Source: Sphyrna mokarran (Eukaryota). Taken from it: 64,000 nucleotides of DNA. Each line of letters begins with the position of its first letter. Position 1 is the stretch's first letter. The stretch spans positions 50,158,001 to 50,222,000 of the forward strand of contig JAGIQG010000016.1 in NCBI GenBank assembly GCA_024679065.1. The letters are read 5' to 3'. Of the stretch, positions 11,389-25,600 are shown piece by piece. The position numbers and the translations under genes are program-made. The notes under the pieces are model-generated. The model had not been told where the DNA came from. It saw only the letters and a program-made list of their open reading frames with translations, and ran no database searches.

Positions 11389-14300
11389 CTGTAAGTAGCA
11401 AGTGGTAAATAAAAAGATTACATACATCTCTCACAGAAGACCAAAGACTAGATTTTTAAAAAGAGGTTGGGGTATAGGTTGAATCAGGCTTGGAGGCAGG
11501 CATGTGAATATTTTGCCACTTTCGTAAAGGTGGTGATTCCTGCCACAATCCTGACCGATGCCATGTGGAAAGAAGTCACCCTGCCATTGGATTGGCTACC
11601 CACTAGCAAGCAGCTGGGTGACCAATTTAGGTCCATTAGATTTAACTAAGAGACCTATTAAGGCCTGTTCTCATGCTATTTCCAACCAGCAATAGGTCAT
11701 CCCATTTCCAGACCAACATAGTGGGATTGAGACAAAGGGGAGGATGTGACTTTACATGAGGACACTTGCCACACCTGATATGACCGTCTATTGGTAATTT
11801 GTTGCACTACATTGTCCCTTTAAGATTGTCATGTGGCTGCAGATCTTAAAGGGACAGCTTCAGTATGCGGCAAGTTGGTCTCCTGCACCAAATGTTTCGG
11901 AGCACTCTGTGGCTGTGCAGGTCAGAGAAAATACTGCCCCTGTTGTTCACTGTCTGCATCCTTACAATTAGCTCCCTCAGCTGTTGAGGCTGCCAATCAC
12001 CCAGAAACTCATTGGGCCTTATATTGCCTGCATTTGGAAAGGGAAGGGGAGAAAATGCGTGGCAATGCAGAATGGAAGGTGAGGTTAATGATGAAGTGAG
12101 TGACGAGGATCAAAGTGAGAACAAGATACGTTGATTGAGTGGATGATTCATAGAGCTGTAGGCAATGGCCTAGTAGTGTTATTGCTTGACTATTATTCCA
12201 GAAACTCAGCTAATGTTCTGGGGGCCCAGGTTCGAATCCTGCCATGGCAGGTGGTGGAATTTGAATTCAATAAAAAAAATCTGGAATTACAAATCTACTG
12301 ATAACCATGAAACCACTGTCGATTTTCAGAAAAACCCATCTGGTTCTCTAATGTCCTTTAGGCAAGAAAAACTGCTGTCCTTACCTGGTCTAGCCTGCAT
12401 GTGACTCCATAGCCACAGTAATGAGATTGACACTTAACTGCCCTCCAAAGACAATTAGAGATGGGTAATAAATGCTGCCAGCCAGCAAAGCACATATCCC
12501 ATGAATGAAGTGAAAAAAGGTAGTGATAGGAGCAAATGAACAGGTATGTTTAGGAGGGAGAATTAGGAAATATATTCTGTTGCTGGCGGAAGTTTCTTTG
12601 TAAGTCATTTGTTGTTTATCAGTATTTATCTGCTCCTCCAAGGTCAGAAAAAAAAAGCTGGAGAATATGATGAGTATTCCTTTCCTGCTAAACATGTCTT
12701 TTGATAATGTCACACAGAAATATCCATTTTGGATGCCTAAAACTTTAAATGGCAGTGATGGATTCAGACCGTAGCCGCCCTCAATAGGGGCATTTAATCA
12801 TTACATAAGGTCTTCTGGCAAGACCAGTTCTTATTGTTCATCCTGAGATAAATTTGAGCATTTGCTTAGCCAGAGACAACAATTAATAATCACATTTTGT
12901 TTCCAGATTCTTTGAAATCAAATTCAAACTCTCAAACCGTCAAAGTAGAATTTGAATTTACGTTCACCATATGGAGCTCCAGATTATATGTCTGGGGTAA
13001 CATTACCACTCCCATTACTTTAATCAAAATTAATTTAGGTAAACATTTATTTGATGAAAACTACACAGAATTTTAGATGGGCCTATCCCTCAGCTATTAT
13101 TACCAATATCAGAAACACAAAGTGAACACAACTTTTTACATGCATTTAAATGAATCTAGGGATTAGGAAATCCAAATCTGTTTCATACTTCCTGGTCTAA
13201 TTAGTTCCTCTGGAGATAGGATTTTTGTTGTTCTACAGACCAGAGTTAACTTATGTAAATAAATTTGTGCTGCATTACCTCATCATGTAGGTGGATCGTA
13301 ATTTTGATGGGAGTGAATTGACCGCCCTTTATACACAGGCAGGTATTCTCCAGCCATTTGTGTCGATGGGATTTCCCGCTCCTGCCGGCAGCATGCCCCC
13401 TGCTATGGGTTCCCAGCAGTTTGCGCTGCCTTCAATGGGGAATTCCCAGTGGTTAGCACTGCTGCCTCACAGCATTAGGGTGCCCGTGTTCAATTCCTGG
13501 TTTGGGTCACTGTGTGTATGGAGCTTGTAAATTCTCCCCGTGTCTGTGTGGGTTTCCTCCAGGTGATCCAGTTTCCTCCCTCAGTCCAAAGATGTGCAGG
13601 TTAGGTGCATTGGCCAGGCTAAGTTGCCCCTTAGCGTCAGGGGGACTAGTTTGGGTAAATGCATAGGGTTAGGGCCTGGATAGGATTGTAGTCAATGAAG
13701 ACCCAATGTATGGACTCTTTCTGCACTGTAGGGATGAAGGCAATTTACAACTTTCCGAGATTCCTTTCCTACCTTACAGAGGCACAATGTGCATGGATCT
13801 TTCTGCCAGTGTTCATCTTCGCGTCTTATATCCCCATCCTTATCGATACAGCCTGTTAATTTCAAGTGAGCTTCAAGCTTTTCTATCTATATTTTGTTTA
13901 AAAAAAAGTTCATGTTGAAGATTGCTAACAAACTTTTTGATTTGAATTTTCCCATATTTTCAGAAAATGTCATGGAAATGTTCCATTATTAATGCAGAAA
14001 TGAAGGCCGGGATTTTCCGGTCCCGCTATGGCAGGACCCATCACGGGAGATCCGGCCGCCCAGCCGAAAGTCCATTGATGTTCTGTGGGACCAGACAGTC
14101 CTGGCAGTGGGTGGAGCCAGAAATGCCCGGCCTTGTTACCACTGCAATATTCTCTCCCACCAACTTTGCCATCCCAAATGAGGAGGCAAAGGACTGAACC
14201 TGGGAGCGTTCTGGTCTGTATAACCCTCCAGTATATTCTGCTGCATCTACTCATTGATGAAAGGAAACACAATGTGAGCTGAAAATGAAAACATCACGGA

Positions 14301-16595
14301 GGTGATCTTACCAAAAAAAATTTTAACTGTCATAAAAAGTCTGAAAATAGGAGTTTTTCACCCTTACTTTCACACCAACATGGGTCCCTAACATGCCCTC
14401 CTGATCATGAACCCTTCCAGGACCTACCCCTGAATGGTTCCCCCCACAAACTGCCCCCCCCTCCCCCCGCCCAACCCTGTCCCTGCAAATGACCCAACCC
14501 TTTGCATAGCCTCCCTTCTATAGCCCCCCCCTTGTGCATCCCCCAACATCATGGCCCCATCCTATTCAGGTCACATCCCCTTTTCACTGCCTTACATACT
14601 TACGATCCCCAACTGGGCATTGCCAGGATGCCAGGTGGACACTGTCTGATAGACACTGGCTGGCCATGCTCCTGAGCACATAAGGGCTTTAATCCCCATG
14701 TTGTGGCCATGGCAGCTGGTCCCCACTTCTGCAGAGCAGTAGTGATTCTCACTGGCATGAGATGTTCTGGTCTTGAAGAGCAGAGCCTCGAAAGCTTGTG
14801 TGAGTTTACTATCAAATAAATTGGTTGGACTTAAACCTGGTGTTTTCAGACTTACTGTGTTCACCCCAGTCCAACACCAGTATCTCTACATCATGACATC
14901 CCACCAGCAGGGAAGAAGATTCCAGGAGGTGAAAAGAAGCCGTGAGGATTAAGGTAAGTTCTTTAACTCTTGTTAAATCTGTGTTAATAGGCTTTGCACC
15001 CTTTCTGGGCATGAAGCCATGCTTGCCAGCTAACCAGAGCAGGAAAATAGCAAATGCACAAATCACTATTTTAGGCTCAGATATTATCTTCCTGGCTCAT
15101 CACACAATTAACTGGTATGGTGAGCCAGTGAGATCGCAGCCCATTCTTTTCAAAGTATATTATAATTCTTAATGAAATGCAAACAAAATTGAATGCACAG
15201 TATTGTGCAAGTACTCCAAAACTCCACCCTACTCCAGAATGAACCATAATAAGTAGAGGTCTTCTTGAAGAGTTACTTAAGAGTCATGTAATTGTCAGAT
15301 ATATGTCAGGAATATAAAAACATAAAAGACTATTATGATACAGCTGGTTGGTGTGTTATAGTTATTGTAAGTAAATATCTTTCTGTACTGTAGGCACACT
15401 AATTAAATACTAGTGACTTCAGTTATGCACCTTCGAAATTAAAAACCAGAAAAGGAATTCCAACTGCAGCACAGCAAGTTGTAGCTTGCTGCTTTGAGAA
15501 AAGTCAGAATAACTTCATAGAAAAGGTTAGGGTGTGTATTTCCTGAAATAATGTTATTCTAATGTCAAGATTCTGTGTAAACTTTGAAAAAGCTGGAACA
15601 TGAGCTGAAATCACAGGTGAAACAGTTCGCGCAGGGGTAAGCAGGTACATGTAGGCAATACACATTGTGGGCAGAAGTTTCCATTTTGGGTGCCTTTGGC
15701 AAACTTGCACTCAAAGTTACAAGGTTTGAGGGGAGTATTGTTCTGAAGTTGCTGCTGAAAGTTTACCAAATACAAAGTCTGCCATTTAATAGAATGTAAT
15801 TTATGAGAAATATTTTTGCATATTCCTCACCATATTTCAGAATGGTTAGCTGGTGAAGCTTGATTAATACAGCTGAAAATAGGATTTTCACAAATTTTAA
15901 GCATTTTAAGTCTAGTCCACCATCTTTAAGTTACGCTACATTCAAAAAAATTATTGTTAGACTTCAGATCAGAAACCCCAAAGTTTATTATAAAGCCAGA
16001 CCTGACTCCAACTTTTGTTTTTATTTTTGGCATAGATGTGAGGATAAATTGTTTCATGGTAGGTGTGATTCTACTGACACATTAGGAAACTTTTATCAAA
16101 ACAAACGTTATTTTAAAAATGCAGTTTAAATAGCGGCACGGTAGCACAGTGGTTAGCACTGCTGCTTCACAGCGCCAAAGACCTGGGTTCGATTCCTAGC
16201 TTGGTTAAGTGTCTGTGAGGAGTTTACACATTCTCCCCGTGTCTGTGTGGGTTTCCTCCAGGTACATGAGTTTCCTTCCATATTCTGAAAGACATACTAG
16301 TTAGGCGCATTGACTTGAACAGTCACTGGACTGTGGCGACTAGGGAATTTTCAAGTAACTTCACTGCAGCATTAATGTAAGCCTTACTTGTAACTAATAA
16401 ATAAAAATGTTAAACTTTAATGAAAGCATTTACCAATTGAAATACTTAAACATGATAAGTTATGGTTCTAACTGACCTATCTTTATTAGTTCCAATTTAA
16501 CCAAGATTCCTCTTCAAAATCAGTTAGCGAAGAATATAGGCTTGTGTGTTTTACTTGATAAAAATCCTACAGTCTTTGAGCACCCCTGGAGAGAA

Positions 16596-16627
<32 letters not shown>

Positions 16628-19600
16628 ACCTGTCTTCTGACAGCTCCAAAACAGCAGCTTCCAGTGAGAAACAGGAAAAGACACCTCTTGCTTCTTGAAA
16701 TTGCCTGTTTTCCTCAAACCTTAGCATCTGTCCTTCACATTACTCTGTCTCTTGCCAATCAACTAATCAAACCCTATTCGGAAACCCCAGGGGAAAAAAC
16801 AAACATCGCAAAAAAGCATTATTCAGATTAAAATAGACACCCCATTGTCTGGGATTGTTTATTCTCCTGCATCCTCAGTATGTGGATTGCCTGGTTGCAG
16901 ATAAATTAGCAATAGGTAAACAGAGATGACTCCTAAACATACATTTCTTAAAGATATAGTATCATCACACTATGGCACACTGGTTAGCACTGCTGCCTCA
17001 CAGCATCAGGCACCAGGGTTTGATTGCCGGCTTGGGTCACTGTCGGTGTGGATCTGCATATTCTCCCCATGTCTGCGTGGGTTTCCTCAGGATGCTCTGG
17101 TTTCCTCCTACTGTCCGATCGGTGTGCTAGTTGGAGGCATTGGCCATGCTAGATTCTTTCTCAGTGTATCTGAACAGGTGCCAGAGTGTGGCTACTAGGG
17201 GATTTTTGTAGTAACTTTATTGCAGTGTTAAGATAAGCCTAATTGTGACAATAATAAATAAACTAAGCTGAAACTAACCATTAACTGGCCACATTAGTCA
17301 GTTCCTTTGTAATATAGAAATAGAAAAGAATTCTTAAAAATAAGCCTATACATATGCTCAAGAACAGCAGTTTAATTTTAAGAGCCTTGTCAAAGATCTA
17401 CAGATACAACTAGCAGAAGCTTGCGATGATGATTAATTTGATCTGGGATGTTGCCAATTTTGTGATTACAGCCAGTTTCTTCTACAATTCTTTTTATCCA
17501 GAGCAAAATATCACTGAAATTCAATTAGCACTCACTGGAATTAGCACTCGATTTAATTTGCACTCGATATTCCTGATTTTTTTGCTTCCTTGGCTGATAT
17601 TTGGTGAATTGCACTGGAAAAACCATCACAATCTAGTGTAAATACCAATATTCTTTTTACCTCAGCTTATTGCACACAGGCTATTGGTAAGAAAGTCTCG
17701 CTTGCCTCTACAGATTTTAAGTTCTTAAATTAAATGCAGTAACTTCAATTCATCTATGGTACATGTGGATACAACTAAATCAGCAATTACAATCAGGAGT
17801 GTCTATAAGTTGCTGCAAATGGGGGAAACGTCATTGATGCTGTAATGTCTATTCTGCCAGCATTACACCAAAGGTAAATTGTGGAGTGTTGCAAAGGCAA
17901 GGTTTCACAAAATGGTTATGTTTTGAACAGTCTCTTAATGCTTAACTAAACATTAATAAATCTTTTCATTTCTGTAGTTTAGAATATTAGTTGCCTATTA
18001 GACTAATAAAGAAAGATTGGATAATCAACAATAGTCAACGTTGGATAGTCCAGTATCCGCTGGAGTTTAGAAGAGCAAGAGGTGACTGAAACTCTAAGAC
18101 TGGGATGGACTTGACAGGGTGTATGTGGAAAGGATATTTTCTCTTGTGTAAGTATCTAGAACTAGGAATTACGGTTTAAAAATAAGGGGTTGCCCATTTT
18201 AAGATAGAGATGGGGAGAATTTTTTTCTCTCAGAACATAGTGAGTTTTTGGAACTCCCTTCCCCAAAAGTCAACAGAATCAGTCTTTGAATATTTTTAAC
18301 GCAGATTGTTAACTTGTTTAGCAAAAATCTAAGTGATTGGATGTGCGCTGACACCAGCAAATTACAGGTCTTAACGGAGCCATTTAGTATTACTGTAAAC
18401 AGGCTGTAACCTTTCATTTAGGTGAATTTCGGCAAAGCCACCTATCCGCTGCCCAAAGATGGACAGGTTATGCAAGTCAGCCATGCTAAATTGCCCCTTA
18501 GTGTCCATAGTTGTGCAGTTAGGTGAATTAGCCATGATAAACATAAGGGATTATGGGATGGTACTGAGTAAAATGCTCCTTGGGAGAATTGATGCAGACT
18601 CGATGGGCCGAATGGTCTCTATTCGCATTGTATGGATTCCAAGGTAGTGAAAGGTTATCAGGAATAGGCAGGGGGTTAAAATCAGATCAACCATGATCTT
18701 ATTTAATGACAGAACAGGCTTGAAGAATTGAGAGATCTACAACTACTCCTAATCGGTATGTTTGTATGTATTAGGGAATGTTTAGTTTATTGATTATGCT
18801 CTCACTACTAATGCTTAATGCTGACTTGTGGTGTCAGATCATCCCCCATTTTAAACAACAAAAACATTATTAAAGAAAAATGGTTGCTGTTATAGAGTTC
18901 AAACAAATAAGAAGCTATATTTGTCATGCAAACCCATATTTAGATTTTACAAATAAAATCCAGGCAGTTATATCGTTTACTAAATGCCTGAAACAATCCT
19001 ACCTTTCGCCTCAGGTTTTCCAGTTCAGCCCCACAGTTGTCAAGCTGTTTGGTGGAGTTGTTGGAAATCTTTTCCTGAACTTCTCCATCTCTAAAGGACA
19101 TGACCATATAACAAAATCTCAAACTGAGAACATATCAGAAACATGATGGAAATTAGAATAAATGGACCCAACATAACTATCAAGTAATATTGCATAATTT
19201 ATGTTTTTAATACATGTATTATATGAAATAGGAAGCAAAGCACCTTCGGAAGGCTTCCTAATATATTACACATTGCATGGTCTCGAAGTTACTGTTTATG
19301 TTGTTGAGCAAATTAATTGGTTATATACAGTGTTTCTTCACTAACAATTTTAGTGAACACAGTGGAAGATCTCACAACACCAAGTTAAAGTCCAACAGGT
19401 TTATTTGGTATCACAAGCTTTCGGAACACTGTTCCTTCACTGGATGAGTGATGAAGGAGCAGCACTCAAAATGAGCTGTTCTCAAAATCAGTTTTACCTT
19501 TCAGGAATTGAATTAATTTAGAACAATGACTGCAGGATGATTTCAATTAAGCGGATTACTCTGCAGCTGAGCTAAAACAAACCGATGTGTGTTATAAATT

Positions 19601-22600
19601 TCATTTGCTCTTATGCTAAATAGCAATAATGTTTTCTTTTGTTGTTGGGTAGAATTGTGGAATAAACATTGCTGAAACATGAAAAGCTGCAGTAGTCACA
19701 CAAAATGGCAGAAGGAGCAGGTTGGCTCTACCTTTTTTTTCATCGCTCAGATCCTATCCAAGATGTCCAATTCTCAGTTTTATTTTACATTTGCAATATA
19801 TATATCATCAATTCTCAGCAAAGTTCTGACTCTATGACTCTGAAGTTGGGCCTGGAAGTTGAGGGTTCAGTGAGTCTCGACAACCATACTCAGTTAGATT
19901 CTACCTGTCTTGGGGGGAAGAATGTGTAGAGTAAAATGTCTCTGTAATATAACATACATACAAAAGAACAGGGGGCAAAATGGTAAGAAGTTCTCAGCTT
20001 CTTTTTGTGAAACCAAATATTTGGAAAATGTAAAGAAAATGTAAACTACTGCAAATGTGAATTTAACCCCCATGTCCCCCACCAGAAATGGTATAGGTAC
20101 AAAGCAAAAAAAGTAGAGGGGAGGCAAGGAATAGGAATATCTTAAGAAGCTAAATAGTTTTTTTTGTAAAGATTTCTTTGTAGAGTGGCCCACTGAGCAA
20201 TGGGTAGAATGAAATCACAGGCAGCAATACTGAAATGTGAGAAATATGGAACCATTACTTTGCTTCTTAAGTATCTACCAGGGAAGCAGACCGGTTGGCC
20301 AGCAGAAGAGAGTAGAAATGATGCAACTGCATTTGGAATAAAGAGAGGAGCCTTATTAAATAAAATAATCAAACTCCAAGAGAACAAAATTACTGACTCA
20401 GGCAGATTACATGCATCATTTGAAAAATATCTAGGGAAGTGACAGCAGGGGCACTATTGTACACATTTCATAATGTGTTCAAAAATGTCATGCCAGAGGA
20501 CTTGCTGATAGCTAAAATGATACTGATATTTAAGAAGGGAGATGCAGCAAGTAACTATAGACCAGAAAGCTTAGCACTGATTGTAAGAAAACATTGTTGA
20601 ATCTTAAAGAGAATGTAAAAAATCATCTAGAGACCAAAAATGTAATGGTGAACAGTTGGCATGGATTTCAAAGGGGACACAGTAGACAGGGGTCATGCAG
20701 TGGATCTAATTTATCCAGATTCCCAAAACCCTTTTGACAAGATACCACATAATAGATCAATGAATATGGTTAGAGTAAGTATAGTCAGGAGTCAAATCAG
20801 AGAAAGGTTAGCCAGCTGACTTCAAGCCAGAAACTTGCGTGTAGGGAGAAAAGGGTATGTATTCAGAGTTTTAGAAGATGGAAAGTGGGCTTCACAAGTG
20901 CCGGGACCACTAAGTCAACAATTTAGACTTGCAGTCAAAAACAAGACTTCTAAACGTGCAAATTTTGGGATATTGCGATAATCAATACTGAAGACTGCAA
21001 ATTACAAGAATACATTAATACACTTGCAGAATGGGTTATAATTGGCAAATAAATTCAATACGGATAATTGGGAGGTCTTACGTTTGTTAAGAGTAATATA
21101 TCACATATTACTTGGAGAGTGAGAATCTAAATGAGGAAGAACAAAGGGATCTTGGAGTACCACTACACTAATCACTTAAGACGAATGATTGACGTCAATA
21201 AGATGGTTAAAAAAAGCAAACTGAAGGAATTTTTCCCTACATGGCTAGAATTGAAAATTCGGATGTTATGTCAAGCATTTGTTAGACTACAAATTGTACA
21301 CAGTGGAGTGCTATGTACAATTCTGGTCATCATATTATGAAAAGAAAAGGATTCAGAAGCACTGAAAAAGGTGCAAAGAGATTTATAAGAATGATACTGG
21401 AAATGTAAGTTCTACTAATGTGGAATGGATGAAGAGGCTGTGTCTCTTTAATAGAATTTTAGAGCATTACAGCATAGAAAGAGGCTCTTTGGCTCAACCA
21501 GTACATGCTGTCTACGGTGTCCTCCCTGCTGGTCCCAATTGCCCGTATTTGGCCTATATCCCTCTAATCCTCCCCCACCCATGTACTTATCCAAATGCTT
21601 TTTCAATGTTGCTATTGAACTACCTCAACCACTTTCTTTGGCAGCTCACTCCATAAAGACTCCAGTCTCTGCATGAAGAAGTTTCCTCTCAGATCCCTTG
21701 TAAATCTTTTCTCCCTATGCCCACTAGTTTTCAATTCCCCTTTCTGGGAAAAAGGGAGTGCATGGAATTTTATAAAACTTTTTTTTAAGTGTCCAGCCAG
21801 CAAGGATATGGGAGACTTCCTGAACTATTTTCCGGGCGATTTTTCACACTGAACCTTATGATATAGTCTTTGAAAAAGTGGGCAAGATTGTTTCTAGCCA
21901 CTAGAGGCAATGGGTGGGACTTAATTCACCAGATAGCCTGCAGTTCAGATCAGAGCTACAAACTGCACATGCGGAGAAAAAGCACAGAAACAGTAGCTCT
22001 CCTCACAGAACACCTCTGGGCCAGATACAGTCTCCCCCTCCCACCCCCACCATGGACATCAGGGACTACCATCCACAACATTAGTGACCCCTTTATCCCC
22101 TCTACTGGACCCCCTTGCACATAGTCCCTCACTATCTCCCTGGTCCTGATGGCTAACCAACATGATCCTCTCTCTCCCCTGCCCCCAATCATCAGAGAAG
22201 CACAAATTCCACTCTTCTCCCACTCCTCCTACTCATTTCATCAGCACACCTGCAAGTGCTGACTTGGCTTCCCCTCCAAGGTAACAAGGCAAACTGCATC
22301 AAACTTGCTGGAATGCTCTAACAGGCGCATGACTCACCCAAACTGCCTAACAAGGAAAAGCCCCATAAAGACTCCAAGGATGGATAGATAGGCAGGCAGT
22401 GCTGGACGAAATGGCCTTCATTTCGTTTTCTGATGCAGATCCAGCCAGGTTAAGGCAGGACACCCTCTTCCCCTCAGCAGGACTCCATTCCAAGGGAATT
22501 GATGGAAATGCAGCCTGGGAGACAGTGGCAACATGTGTAAGTGCTAGGGCACTGGTCAAGGGAACGGGGAAGCAGTGCCGCAAAATAAACTGAATGGCCT

Positions 22601-25600
22601 AATATGGGCAGTAAAAGTAAGTGTTTAACCCCAACTAGCATTTCCCCCTAAATGACCCCAAGATCCTCCCCACCCTAGCACCCTTCATACTTCCAGTCCT
22701 GATCCCCAAGCACCTCCCTCCCAAGAGTATAATAAAGTTTGCGCTCTGAGGGTCACCCCCATATCCCCTGCAGGAATTTTACATGGTTCCTTCAGTCCCC
22801 ACAGGAGAACAACATCTATAATTACCGGGAAAGAGGATGGCATGCAAGACATCTGGGTCCTCACTCCCTTTGAGGAGCAGGCACTGGAGCTTGTGGAAGA
22901 GGAGGAGATGCAGACCATTAGTGACAGCATGGTTGGGCTGGAGCAAAGAAGTGAGCACCTGCCAATCCTCCACTTGTTCCATACAGCCCAGATTCCTCAT
23001 CATAAGTCATGTGGGGGAGTCATCACCACCCTCCTACTTGCCCAAGTGGCTGGGGGGTGGAGGGGGAGAAAGGAACCCATGTATAGCATCACATTCCCCT
23101 ACTGACCAAAGTGCCTAGTGATCAGGGCCTCCCTTGCATGCCTGAACCTTGCAGCCACCAGCCCTCCAGCGACTGGGTGGTGTTGCTCATCGTTGTCACC
23201 CTCCCCCCTCCTCTTCTGTTGAGTGGTCTCCTCCACAATGACGCCCAACTGGTCGGCCTCCATGTCCTCCTCCTCCTCCTCAAGAACATCTTCTTGTTGC
23301 TGTGCCAAGTTGTGAAGGGAAAAGCACATGACCATAATGCAGGACGATATCAGGGGGTTATATTGGAGGACCCCACCAGAATGGTCCAGGCATCTGAACC
23401 ACATTTTGAGAAGCCCCTATGCACCATTCCACCATTGAACATGTGGCAACGTGCGCCTCATTATATCAGGTCTCCGCCTCAGTGTCAGGCCTCTGCACAG
23501 GTAGTATCAGCCAAGTCCAAAAAGGGTACCCCATGTACCCCTAGAGCCATCCCTGCATCCTGGGCTCCTCCTCAACGACTTCCGGGACATCGGAACTCTT
23601 CAGTATAAAACTGTCATGCATGCTGCCAGGGGATCTGGCACAAACATGCATGATATTCAGCTGATGGTCATACACCAACTGCACATTTATTGAACGGAAG
23701 CCTTTTCTGTTCATGAATCTTCCTGGATTATTCACTGGAGCTTTGAGGGTGATGTAGGTGCTGTCTAAAGCCTCCTGCACATTTGGCATCCCCACCATTC
23801 CTGCAAATCCTGCAGTTTGGGCTCTCTACTGCACCTAATCCAAGTCAAATTTAATATACTGGCCAACCTGGACGCACAACACATCCATGACTGTAATATA
23901 ATGTCCAAACTCCTTTATTCAATACCCTGACTGATAAAGGCCAATGTGCTAAACGCCTTCTTCACCGCTCTGTTGATCTGTGATGCCACCTTCAATGAAC
24001 TATATATTTGTACTCCTAGGTCCCTCTGTTCCTAATCTTGAAAAGAGAAGGCTGAGGGGTAAGACGTCTTTGAACTTCTGACATTTTTTGATAGAGTAAA
24101 CACAGAAAAAAGTATTTTCACGTTGGGAAAGAGCAAAATTACAGGCCATCAATATAATGATTGAGAAATGTAATAGGGATCTCAAAAGGAAATGCTTTAA
24201 CCAAAAAGACTGATAGGGATATGGAATTCACTGCCACAGGAAGAGGTGTGGGTGAATGGCTATTTAAGGGGCAGCAAGGTACGCATATCAGAAAGAATAG
24301 AATAAAAGATTATGCAAATAGTTTAAGACAAGGAAGGATGGTTGAATGAAGCATAAATGTCAATATGAACTAATTGGGTTGAATAGCCTGTTTCTGTACA
24401 TTATATTTTAAGTAATTATCTGAAAATTAATTGATCATCATTTCAATGAAGCAATAAAAAGTTATAAACAAATTGCTACTGGTTGTTAGCTTCAGATTAT
24501 TTGATCTGACCTGCAGCAAGTAACACAATAATTATTCAACAGTTTTATTATGCAACATGCTAAACAATGATTTCCACTAAGTTTGAAACTGCTTTGGTGA
24601 ATTCACAGTTTCCATGCTCCCATTTGGGAATCTTCATCCAGGAAATGGGATTTGGAAATAGGGCTAAAGCACTGCAGTGCCAACTTTCTACACTCCATTC
24701 CCTTAGCCTGTGGCTCCAACTGGAAGGGTAGAATTGCTGAGTGTCTCATCGGCATAAATATATCATCTTAAAACGTCTGGATAAATAGAAGGAAAACTAA
24801 AAAAAATGACAGAATGAGGCCACGAGCAAGTGTGGAGGAAAAATACAAAAAAACCCTCAATGTATGCAAGACAATATGCAGCAATTGTGCTTCAATGAAA
24901 AGAGCAAGCAATTTAACATACTGAATTGTTTGTTGTGGCTGGCACAGAGTTAATTTGATTACTCACTCACATAGCATTGGCATCACATTGTGCCCAGAAC
25001 TGTGGAGTTAAGTTCCCCTCCAGAAAGGCTTGGCACAGAAATAGTTACCTCTCACTTTGTTCTGTCACCCGTTTGTAATTTGCAGACTTGTCTTCCGGGA
25101 AACTAAACTCTTCTGAACGCTTGCTACGGAATCTTTGTGACAGAGAGTTGAACTGTCCTCGAGTTGCGCAGTCTGGACAAATAAAAACATGACGCTCATT
25201 ATTACCAGCTTGAATGCCCTTGATTCACTTCAAGGTTTTATTCAGGAATGTCAAAAATCCAAACTTTTCAATGTGCGTGTTTGATTTATAGGTCGATTGA
25301 TTTTCCTGACACTTGGGCCAGAGCTTTCAGACGCCTAATGCTCTTGCCCCCGCTGCCCATTGATTTGGTGCTCAGCCAATTCTCCATTCGCTATAGCGGG
25401 ACTGGAGAATCCCGATCGTAGGCAGCGTTGGAGAAGTCCGGCTTTAGGCTGCATATTTCTCTTTATGGTTGAATGTTGTGAAAGACTGTTGGCAGATTTG
25501 TACATTTGAGTTTTTGCTCTGCTCCCACTAACTCATAGGAAGCTATTCCTGTTTTGTAAATATTTTTCCATTCTTACATGACTGAAGGAAGCTGAATCCA

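Larger units (their letters stand above)
21775..23892. mobile_element. PIF/Harbinger DNA transposon remnant with convergent Myb/SANT and transposase genes, truncated
   Basis: Both Harbinger coding modules are recognisable; the element is nested inside CR1 fragments. Confidence 0.8.

Noticed and set aside
17661-17707. 47-nt AG...GTAAAA pseudo-exon that would stop translation before the VWC domain
   Set aside because: No polypyrimidine tract; such matches arise by chance.
23111-23608. 165-aa plus-strand ORF
   Set aside because: Antisense to the transposase remnant; its Leu runs come from GAG repeats on the other strand.
25050-25056. Alternative donor GTGAGA inside exon 20
   Set aside because: Would change phase and frameshift exon 21; the 25049 donor keeps the frame.
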